Shown in pieces: positions 49,847 to 60,789 of a stretch of 64,000 nt of DNA (the first letter of the stretch is position 1; every line of letters starts with the position of its first letter). The translations under genes were made by a program, and so were the position numbers. Source of the stretch: Antedon mediterranea (taxonomy: Eukaryota > Animalia > Echinodermata); NCBI RefSeq assembly GCF_964355755.1, contig NC_092677.1:14282101-14346100 (forward strand), written 5' to 3'. The notes under the pieces were generated by a model, which was given only the letters and a program-made list of their open reading frames with translations, searched no databases and was not told the origin of the DNA.

Positions 49847-50154
49847 ATTAACCCCAAAATAATGTTTGATAGCAAGGTGAAAATCTAATGTTACAAATAG
49901 TGGTACTTTCAAGTTCAAAATTCAGAAAATAGAAACTTTAACAGGTAAATAACCATGGTCAAAACTGTCTTCATTAAAAAAGATGGCCTGGAAAAAAATC
50001 TGGGATTTTCAGAGGAGGCCCTCTCTCGGTGATATTTTTTTGTTAAAAAAGTCGAGCGATTGTTGTTTGTATCGCATGTTTTTAGGTTTATATATAGGCC
50101 TATTCTTATTCAAAAGAGCATTTACATCATAAAAATCATTTACAATTACAAACA
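49847..50154. promoter_or_regulatory. Compact bidirectional promoter STRAD/CTNNBL1
   Basis: Divergent ATGs ~310 bp apart; YY1-like AAGATGGCC at ~49980. Confidence 0.65.
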
Positions 50155-53100
50155 ATGGATGTTGGAGAATTACTACGCTTTAACGTAAGTTTTTCGTACA
50201 AGAAATACTATTTTTTTTACAATTTTGCTAGGGTAGTTTTAGCTGGACCTTGTTCGATGTTGTATCGAATCGTCCGCGGCGGGAAGAAGACCATGTCTGC
50301 CGCAATGTGCATTGTTGTTTGGATTGGATGGCCTGGCCTAGCGCGTGTATGGGCGGATCGGCTATTATTGAAATTGAAGATTTTCTTTTTGCCAAACCAG
50401 GCGCGCGTCGGACATCATGTTATTTAGTAAATTTAAAGTAGAGATTATAGATCTACATTTTAGCCTGTTTCACTCAGTCTGTATTATTTATTAATAATTA
50501 TATTCTATTTCTATTCATTATGTATTCAATTGTATATAAATTTAATTATATCACAGCCTGACAAGCCAGACTTGAAAAGAAAAACAACAAATGATGAAAC
50601 ATCTGTTGAATCGAAATTGAAGCGGTCAACCGGTGAGGTGACCGGCAATGAACTTACAGAAGAAGAAAGAGAAAAGATACTGCGCATGGTGGAACAAGAA
50701 CCCGATGTAAGGACACAGTTGTCATATTTTTAACATTCAAATCAATTATTCAATTTAATTTAATGAATATATTACAGTACAATATATATGCGTTAAATCA
50801 ATGTTCTCAGTACCGTATCTATTTTTGTTTGTTTGTGCAAGAAAGGCGTGATAGCTGGTTTATGCATGGAGTTTTACTCCATGGTTTATGCACGAAAGGC
50901 AATAACTGGTTTGTGCAAGCAAAGCATGATAACTGGTTTATGCAAGCAAAGCATGATAGCTGCTTTATGCAAGCAAAGCAAGATAACTGGTTTATGCAAG
51001 CAAAGCATGATAACTGGTTTATGCAAGCAAAGCATGATAGCTGGTTTATGCAAGCAAAGCAAGATAACTGGTTTATACAAGCAAAGCAACAACTGGTTTA
51101 TGCAAGCAAAGCATGATAACTGGTTTATGCAAGCAAAGCATGATAACTGGTTTATGCAAGCAAAGCATGATAACTGGTTTATGCAAGCAAAGCATGATAG
51201 CTGGTTTATGCAAGCAAAGCAAGATAACTGGTTTATGCAAGCAAAGCATGATAACTGGTTTATGCAAGCAAAGCATGATAACTGGTTTATGCAAGCAAAG
51301 CATGATAGCTGGTTTATGCAAGCAAAGCAAGATAACTGGTTTATACAAGCAAAGCAATAACTGGTTTATGCAAGCAAAGCAAGATAACTAGTTTATGCAA
51401 GCAAAGCAAGATAACTGGTTTATGCAAGCGAAGCAAGATAACTGGTTTATACAAGCAGAGCAATATAACTGGTTTATGCTAGCAAAGCAAGATAACTGGT
51501 TTATACTGATTTATAATTTCATTTCAATTGTTGATAACTTCGGGCTGATGAGTAAACCACAAACAGTTAATCTCTTTTAAATGTGCTTAACCAAAAGTAT
51601 TGTGTTTATCTTGTTTTTATCTAGGGACCTGCAATGGATGAGGCAGACCTAAGACAACTTATACTCAGATTTGAAAAAAAGGTTTACAAAAATCAAGAAA
51701 TGAGAATCAAATATCCAGACCAGCCTGAAAAGTAGGGAATCAATCCTGTATTGCAACTTAAAAACAATATCTATAACTGTATATGGTTGCTACTATATTT
51801 ATATGATTTAATAATTTATTTAAATAAAGTTTTTAAAGTGTTACAATACATACATACACTCATAACTTATAGTACCTCTGAAAAAATAATTCTTAAACAT
51901 GTTTTGTTGTATATTACCATTTTAATGTCACTTATCCACTTTCACCAAAAAATAGATCAAAGTGCCGTGTTATATTATTTTATTTATTTTCTTGCAGATT
52001 CATGACATCTGAAGTGGATCTAAATGATGCAATCCAAGAAATGCATGTCATAGCCACTAACCCAAACCTGTACCATTACCTGGTGGATCTGAATGCAGTA
52101 AAATCCTTACTTGGTCTCATTTCGCATGGCAATACAGACATTTCTATTGCTGTCATAGACCTTCTACAAGAACTCACCGATGTTGATACTTTAAATGAAA
52201 GTGAGGAAGCGGCAGAGGCCCTAGTTGATGCACTGGTGAGTAAAGCTCTGTCTACACTAACAAACAAGTTTGACCAAATGTGGCCAAATATGGTAGTGAT
52301 ATCCTTAAATATGGTAGTTGATAGTGTAGACAAGGCTAAAGTAATAAACGTCATTCTACTGCAGTTGAACTCTTTACTTTTTTTAAGAAAATAAAACAAC
52401 AGAAAATCAGTGTAGGGTCCAGTCTGTACAAAATCTTAGATGTATTACCTATAGGTTAGATCCAGCTCCTCTACTTTTGTAAGTTAAAAAGACACTCAAG
52501 TTTATAAAAAATAGTGTGTTAGCCTATACTTTGATTGTGAGATGTATTGTAAACATTTTCTTTTTGCTATTTTTTATATAGTTTTTACAATTATTTTTAT
52601 AGTATTGTATTTTCAACATTCAATAATTTGTTTTTGTTTCAGCTTGAAGATCAAATAGTGGCAACATTAGTACAAAATTTAGATAGACTCGATGACAATC
52701 TCAAAGAAGAATCAGAAGCCATTCACAACACATTAGGTAAAAATCAAAGAATGTATATAAGGAGAGCGAAGTAAGTGATGCAGCCATATCACATGTTCCT
52801 TCTCTCCGTGGTGAATCACTTTTTTTAAAGCTGTGATTACATAGGAGTTAACACTGACTCTAGCTAATTATACAGCATCTTGAAAAAATGGAAGAGTTTA
52901 TATAAAGGCTAGAGAACTAACAGTAAGTGATGCCAACAGAGCAGGGTCACTGCAAAATGGTGATGCAGTCATATATATGACCCTTCTCCGTGGTGAATCA
53001 CTTTTGTTAGCTGATTACATTGGAGTCAAGACTCTAGCTAATTATACAGAATCTTTGACAAAAATGGAAGAGTTTCTATAAAGGCCAGAGAACCAACTAA

Positions 53101-56100
53101 GTGATGCCAACAGGATCTTTCTCCGTGGTGAATCATTTTTTTTAAAGCTGTGATTACATATAAGTTAAGACTTTAGCTAATTATATAGCATCTTTGCCCA
53201 AAATGGATTTATTTTCAGTGCAATAGAATAACTATTCATTATTTTGGTATAAGCTTCTACCCTCTAGCTGTCTCATGGTGAAATTATTTTCACTTACATC
53301 CTTGCATGTCTATCATACAATGTTATAATAATATTCTAATTTCTTGAAAACACAAATTTTAAATTAAAAGCATTTTTTTAGGTATTATTGAAAATATGAC
53401 AGAGTTTCGCCCTGAGATGTGTGTAGATGCTGGCCAACAGGGCCTAATGCAGTGGCTGTTGAAAAGGCTCAAATCAAAGTTAGCTTTTGACGCTAATAAA
53501 CTTTACTGTAGTGAAATACTGGCTATTCTACTGCAGGATACACCAGGTATGTTCAGTGAGGCTGGCATTTATCAATCTTTCTACTTAAGTCAATATAGTT
53601 AAGAACTACTTAAGTGAAAAATCTTGCCGCTTTATTGTTAAACCATTACCTTTTGACAGATGATGAACACATTAATCGGAACATATTCGTTTCCAAATAC
53701 AGTTCAGTTTTTATAAAATTAACTATCAATTTTTAAAAGATGATAAATTTTGGTTGCTTACAAAGGCCATATGATATGATGAACACTTTGCAACAGAGGT
53801 CTATCGGAGTATCTGATTGGCCAATGTGATGCAGCTATAGCATGCGCTCTCAATGTTCACTCTAGACTCATTTGTTTAGCTTTGATTGCATAGGAGTTTA
53901 CCTTCTAGTTGTTATACAGTAATATCTATTACTACATGTAACCATTGTATGTTGAATGTGGTGTAACTTTCTTATTTCAGAAAACCGTGAGTTACTAGGT
54001 GAAGTCAATGGAATCGATTCTTTACTTCAACGTCTTGCCGTAAGTTCTTACCATATTATAAGCTAATGAGGACGCTGTTTTTCATGGTTTCACAACCTTT
54101 GTTGGCAGAAGTACCATTTTTACTACTTTCGATCTATTGGATCAACAAAAAGAAGTAAAGCTCTGTCCACACTATCAAATTTTATGTGAAAAAAAAATGT
54201 GATGTGCCCATATATATGGACATATACATATCACTACCATATTTGGGAATATCACTTCCATATTTGGGCACATCATACTTTGTCAAACTAGTTGATTATG
54301 TAGACAGGGCTTAAAAGTAGTAGAAGTATACATTGTATGGTAACTGTAGTTTTGCTCCATCTACATGAATATACACTGCTGGCGTTTACATTGCCAATCA
54401 TAAATGTGGAGTTGAGACTAATCAAGTGCTATTGAATGTGACTACAGGTACTGAATCAAGTTTAAAGTGGAAATTTATCCAGACAGCACAGGTAAAAGAG
54501 GTGTAATTTATAGAGTAATTTTTTCATGCACTAAACTAATTCTATAATACGTTTCTGTAGGGTTTCAAAAGACATGATCCAACTACTACTGAAGAGATAG
54601 AGATGATGGAGAACCTGTTTAACTGCATGTGTTCCGCATTAATGTTGCCTTCAAACCGTGGCAGGTTCCTAAAGGGAGAGGGGGTACAGCTTATGAATCT
54701 TATGTTGAGGTATGTCGTTTTTAATATGTTTATCACTTGAAAATAGTTTACAAGGTTTTATTTCTCAGTCTTTATTTAGTTTTTAAATACTTTGAATTAG
54801 AATATTTCACATTATCGTTCCACTGTTGGCAGTCCTTGACTATGCCAAAAAAAAAATCCTGTGTTATTAAAATACTGTTTTTATCTTTTAATAATATGAT
54901 TACAAATTTAAGGAGTTTATCATTCCATCTTGTTACACTGACTTCAAATCTAACCATAGTAAGGAAATTGAAGTAGATGTTGTCAGTCCATTAAAATTAA
55001 AATAACTCTACCTTTTTTTCTCGGATAAGGGCTATAAATCGTGGACCCAGTGTACACAATAATGCATGTATGCACTTTAAAGAACCTAGTACATCTTTCG
55101 AGACAAGTAGGGGGTCACCCCAGTGTACTAGCTCACACAGCCACTGTTGTCAACAGATGACATGACAAGACCATTAGAGGCGAAGAATGTTGTTGAAAAG
55201 ATTTACTAACATCTTAAGTCCATGAACGTTATTGCGGATATGGCGGCATATAAAACTTTATTAAATCAGTATTTTTTGGTTACAGAGAGAAGAAATTGTC
55301 ACGTTTTAGTGCCCTGAAGGTTTTAGATCATGCTATGACGGGTGACGAGGGAGCAGAGAATTGTAACAAATTTGTTGAGATCTTAGGCCTGCGTAGTGTC
55401 TTCCCATTGTTTATGAAAACACACAAAAAACACAAGAAAGGTGGCATAAGTGAAGACGACCATGAAGGTAAGAAGTGCACCTTGTTAGGGCTAGGCAATC
55501 TTAACAACAGTATGCTGAGCTCCACTAGATCAAAGGGTTATGTTAGGTTGCGACATGATCATTTCCATGCCACAGAAACCAGAAAATAATGTAATTGGTA
55601 CTGTAAAACCGCAAGTAGTCAGAATTTGTAGAAGCCAATCCTAAGATCAAAGGACTGTTACAAGTTCCTATCTTGGCAAGGCGAGTATTTGTCTACTGTA
55701 GTATTTAATAACCATCTCTATAATATGTTTATTTTGACAGAGCATGTTAGTTCAATTATTGCCTCAATGTTAAAACATTGCACAGCAGCAAATAAACTTC
55801 GAGTTATCAATAAATTTGTGGAAAATGATCATGCAAAAGTGGATAGACTAATGGAGTTACACTTTAAATACTTAACAAGAGTACAGAATGTCGATGACAG
55901 GATCGAGAAAGAAAAACAGGTATGTGCGTATATTATTCATTTTATTTCAAACGGCCTTATCACTGGTTCTCATCTGTAAAGATGTTGGTCCTGTGTATAT
56001 ACTTTGCTCATGTGCACTATAAAGTACACTATTAAAACAAGATGAGGGGATCGTCTCCCATTGTGCTGATCTGATAGCATATTCCTGTATCACTAGGCCT

Positions 56101-59100
56101 GTCACACCAAAATCAGTCCGGGCCAAAATCGGTCTGGCGGACCAGTTTTGGCTGCCAAAATCAGTCCGGGGGACCATTTATGGCTGCCAAAACCTGTCCG
56201 GCCGGACCAATTTTGGCCGCCAAAACTGGTCCGGCCTGGAGAAAATCGGTCCGGGCAGTAGGACTGTTTTTGGCCACCAAATATGGTCCGGTCTTACAAA
56301 TATATGGTGCGCAAAATGAGTCATAATGTATATATCTTTAAAAAAAGGCCATGATTAGTCATTATATTGAAAACTACGGGGTTTTATTTGTTATTTTAAT
56401 CTATATATAAATTTACGTAAGGGCAAAATTCGGTAAATCGCGCGTTATTTCTAGAATGTTTACTCGATGGTATATAAAGTTGGTTCGTACTTTCGGTACT
56501 GATTTTAACCACCTGATGTAACCCTGTTTACTAATTAAATTGAGTTCGATAATTAGTTATTGACGATTAAAACGAATTTAGGTTCAACTATTTGCCCCAA
56601 ATAGGGGTGTTTTTCGATCGTGGTATACACTGTCTAATGGATGTCCGTCTTGAAAAATACCCGCCACAAAAATGCGAGGAGGCTTCGCATTTTCCTATCT
56701 CCTCCTACGATAATTGTTTTTAATGGCTGAAAACCGGTTGAACAGCTAGAGTACACCATCATAATGTTGAAGACAGGCCGATTTTCTTTAAAAAATACTA
56801 TTTTGATAGATTTGATATACGATATACAAATCTATTGATTTGCGATGAATGGAACATCCCAATCTCTCAGTCTGCCAGAGTTTGGTTTAACACAAGTACT
56901 GTAGGTAAATTTATGAGCCCTTGGTTTAACACATACGGTAGGTAAATATATGGGCCCTTTGAGAATAAACTTGCGAGATTGTGGATAGGCTCTACTGTTA
57001 GATATATAAACACATTATTATATACAAATAAACTTTATACTGACAGTTCTTTCTCAACGTTTGTATTAATTAATAATTACCAAATATAAACGTCGTAGTT
57101 GTGTATCGTGACATGGTACTTTAATATTTCAATCGATTATGACAGTGACAGTTTTAACTAAACTAAATAAAGAATGTTCTCTAATATAATTAGGAATCTC
57201 TTGCCATACACGGGGAAAATTAGTGTACAATGAATATTTAAAAGAAATAAATAAATAAATAAAATAAAAAAAGTATTAAATCGCAAATGTTTTACTGTAT
57301 TTAGAGGTATATTATTTATAGGCCTATAAAACATGAAAAAAATATTTCGTTAGTGAGTGGATAAAGAATAATAATATTTTAAAATTGTTCCTCTTTGTAC
57401 CTATCCGCTTTCCCATCCCTCAACCCTAATGTTACATACAAAACACAAATTGGGTTTCTTTAAATGAGTCCAAATCAAAAACTTGATTTTGTGATAAGTT
57501 TCTCCTTCGGAAGTAATTCCCAGGGTGCTAATTTTAGTTGACTACATAAATCATCGTGTCTATTTATTCGTTTCTGTAAACGACAATGTATATAGTTCTG
57601 CGGTACGTACATTTGAAATCGCCAGTTTTGTTACGCTGAAATTACTGTGTATTCGAGAACCATCTGTGGGCACGACCTAGATGGTACGCGAGCGAAGCGA
57701 GCGTGCCATCTAGTATTATAAATTAAGCCTGTTTTTTTTATTATCATTATTAGTAGTAACTCATCAATAATTAGTACTAAATGTTAGGCTTTTTGTATAC
57801 AATATGTATCTCTGCCTGTTTTTAATCCATATTGTTATTTTTTAACATCTTCGTTTCCCCATGATGTTAAAAACAATTTAATTTATTAATTATTTATGGT
57901 TAATCAATCAATATATCAATTCAATACAATTATTATAAAACAATTATCCAATATTGATTAGGCTGAGGAATGAAAAAGGCCTCAATCATAAATAAAATCT
58001 AGCTGGCAATATCAGCGTCTCATACCCGTTCATGTGAGTGTGTGGCAGGCCGAAATATGAGTGAACACCTAAGTCATGCTTTTAGATAAAATACATTTAT
58101 TTATAGTATTTATCCGACAAGATAACATACTAATATATATCATGGGATATTTTTCTAGCCATAAACAACTTAAAACAGCATCATAGGCCTAGTAATTCAA
58201 TTAAAATCGACAGACGAAAAGCCCGGACCGATTTTGGCAGTGGCGGACTGCTTTTGGCCATAATTTTAGAGCCAAAACTGGTCCGGCCGGACCGATTTTG
58301 GCCCCGGACCATATTTATCGTGACAGGCCCTCTGGGAGACTTTTTCTCATTCGCACAGATTTCCTCATTTTTATCATTTCAAATTAATTAAGTAAATTTT
58401 AGTATATCACCCAGTGGTTTATAATTCATGTTCTGTGCCTGTTTATATATTTAAATAAATAAAATTTTAAAAATATAATATACAAAATGTGTTAAATTTT
58501 GGATGGCATAAGAATGAAATCGGAAAGAAATTAATATATAAAAAAAAAATTTTGTTTACGAATTAGAAAGAATATTATATCAAAACTAACATTGCATTTG
58601 TGCTATTTTGAGTGCTTGACTGGACAGTATATGTTAAACATTGTTGCTACTTACCAATTCCAATTATATGTGTGATTTTTAATAGGATATTAAACACTGT
58701 TATTTTAACACCTGTCCAGGCACGACTGCAGGGTGGTGATATAATAGACGATGATCAAGAGGATGAATATTACTTACGGCGATTGGATGCTGGGTTATTC
58801 ACACTGCAACTTATTGATTATATAATGCTGGAATTATCGTGTTCATCCGGTGTGTCAACAATTAAACAACGTATTTTACAATTACTCAACATGCATAAGG
58901 GCTCAATCACGGCTGTAAGAAATGTTGTTCGAGGTAAGTTTTTCAAGTGTGGTTTATGCCTGTGAAAAATGCCTGTTTTCCATATATATTTGCACGAGTC
59001 AAAGATTCATGACTTCTGTTTGGTTACACACAGGAGTTCATGACCTTCACCATGCGCTTCAAGTTACATTTTGGTAAACCATGTTAAAACTAACTGGATA

Positions 59101-59529
59101 AAATTATCAAAGTGTGAACAAATTTACCGATGGCCTTGTATAAGTATAGTAAAGTTAGCTAAATTTTGTTTTGTTTTTAAGTTCAATGTGAACAGGGCTT
59201 TAAGTAATATATGCCACTGTGCTTTTTCAAGTTCAGTGTGAACAGGGCTTTAAGTAATATTTGTCACTATTTTTTAAGGTTTAGTGTGAACAGGGCTTTA
59301 AGTAATAGTTGCCACTGTTTTTTTTTTTTAAGTTTAGTGTAAACAGGGCTTTAAGTAATATTTTCCTCTGTGTTTTTTTTAAAGTTCAGTTTGAACAGGG
59401 CTTTAAGTAATATTTGTGACTGTGTTTTACTTTTTTACAGAGTATGCTGGTAATATTGGAGATGCAAAAAGCAAGGAACATGGAGATGCAGAACGACAGA
59501 GATTATTGGAACTTGTCAACAGGTTCTAA
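50155..59529 (+). CDS. CTNNBL1: Beta-catenin-like protein 1 (Prp19 complex), 551 aa
   Basis: Exons 50155-50184, 50557-50706, 51625-51731, 51998-52235, 52643-52736, 53382-53546, 53981-54039, 54561-54709, 55286-55467, 55741-55919, 58720-58933, 59441-59529 (1656 nt). Motifs MDVGELL, KNQEMRIKYPDQPEKFMTSEVDLNDAIQEMHVIAT, NKLYCSEILAILLQ, YLRRLDAGLFTLQLIDY. Confidence 0.97.
50850..51505. repeat. 27-bp intronic minisatellite, ~24 units
   Basis: (ATAACTGGTTTATGCAAGCAAAGCATG)n in CTNNBL1 intron 2. Confidence 0.95.
52760..53210. repeat. Three-copy ~150-190 bp intronic repeat
   Basis: TTCTCCGTGGTGAATCA..AGCTGTGATTACATA..CTAGCTAATTATACAG recurs three times; a diverged copy lies at ~53826-53920. Confidence 0.75.
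56100..58325. mobile_element. Ginger-like non-autonomous element, copy 2, carrying a nested Helitron
   Basis: TGTCAC...GTGACA termini with TSD GGCC (56096-56099 and 58326-58329); colinear with the inverted 30467-31378 copy except for the 1.3-kb insert. Confidence 0.88.
56400..57713 (+). mobile_element. Non-autonomous Helitron
   Basis: Starts TC(TATATATAAA) and ends CTAG; 3' hairpin CTAGATGGTACGC-GAGCGAAGCGA-GCGTGCCATCTAG; inserted between A and T with no TSD. The empty site TTTTAA|TATTATAAATTAAG is visible in copy 1 (~31066-31086, inverted). Confidence 0.9.
59170..59425. repeat. Tandem ~50-bp repeat (5 copies) before the last CTNNBL1 exon
   Basis: AAGTTCAGTGTGAACAGGGCTTTAAGTAATAT.TG.CACTGT-(T)n repeated five times. 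Confidence 0.9.
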
Positions 59530-59587
59530 GAAATATTTGCAGAGTAAATGATTTATAATTTTTACTGCACATGTGACACTGAATATC

Positions 59588-59786
59588 CAGTGGCGTAACT
59601 GCTATGAGCGCTCACAGGCTAAACCCAGGGGCCCCAGTGCTTATGGAGGCCCCTAAGGAGTGCCCAGAGGAAAAAAAATGCATTCAAATATGTAGAAAAG
59701 GGATAAAAACGACGAAGGTCTCCAGCATTGGAGGGCCACTTAGCGTTCCTAAACCAGGGGCCTCAGGCCTCTGCGTTACGCCACTG
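59588..59786. mobile_element. hAT-type MITE just downstream of the CTNNBL1 stop codon
   Basis: TIRs CAGTGGCGTAAC/GTTACGCCACTG; degenerate 8-bp TSD TGAATATC / CGAATATG. Confidence 0.75.
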
Positions 59787-60557
59787 CGAATATGATGCAC
59801 TGAATTTGGACATGAACTGGCTGTAGTAGTCTAATAATGTCTGTCGTGTGAAATTTATGTAAAAATATACCAAAATCTTGAAAACATTTATAAAAATTTT
59901 AATGTAACCGTGTTCGCGGCAATTAAGGTATACATTTTCACAGGTCATTTACAGTCAGGCAAAATATTTTGGTACAGAACCGAGAAAATACTGCTGTTTT
60001 TATTTTTATGCGACTTAATTGAAGTGTACATGCAGTTATCATCAACACATGCAATGGGTTTTTTTTTTCTAAAAGCTATTTTACATTACTAAAAATAGCC
60101 TAGCGCTTTAAGGAACTGTACGACATAAAAAATGTTAAATTATGCGGAGACTTTACAGAAAAGGGGTGTTTTTTCAGCTCAACTACAGAGATAACTTCTA
60201 AAAATTGTGTTCCTTCTGCTGAACTACTACATAGAAACAATGAACTAATAATACAAGCGGTTATTCAGAAGATAAAAATACAAGAAATTATGAAAAAAAT
60301 TAAAATAGCAAACTGTAAAAAGGCAATACTGTTTTGATAAACTTTTTTTTACAAAATCAAAAAGAAAATTTATTTATAGTTTTTTAAGAAAGAAAAACAA
60401 CAATTAACATCAGTCGAAAAGCTAAACAAACTCTTTGTTTTTTTAAATACCATTGAAGTTTCTGTATGTTGCTGTCGGACATAACCATGTACCATATATA
60501 TTTAAGTTTTGTTTATACAATCTGAGGAATTTTTGCACAATTTCTACTTCAATTTAA

Positions 60558-60786
60558 ACAGATCTTGTATTGGTTCATTTTACAATCGAGTACCCAATCT
60601 TTTTATAACCATATCTTCTATCGGCTCATTTTACAATAAACTGCTCAATCTTTCACCAGATCTCCTATTCGTTCATTTAACAATCGATTTCCCAATCTTT
60701 GTATAACCAGATCTTCTATTAGTTCATTTAACAATCGAGTACCCAATCTGTATATAACCGGGTCTGCTATTGGTTCGTTTTATAAC
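60558..60786. repeat. Degenerate ~50-bp tandem repeat immediately 3' of the GPx-like stop codon
   Basis: CAGATCTTCTATT.GTTCATTT.ACAATCGAGTACCCAATCT..TATAACC repeated ~4-5 times. Confidence 0.75.
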
Positions 60787-60789
60787 TAC

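Noticed and set aside
50763-51580. Overlapping repetitive ORFs (MQAKHDNWF / LCKQSMITG) or a CRISPR-like array
   Set aside because: Spacer-less 27-bp tandem repeat inside a CTNNBL1 intron; the ORFs arise because the unit length is divisible by 3; eukaryotic context with no cas genes.
59170-59425. Regularly spaced direct repeats resembling CRISPR
   Set aside because: The intervening sequences are homologous to each other, so this is a simple tandem duplication.
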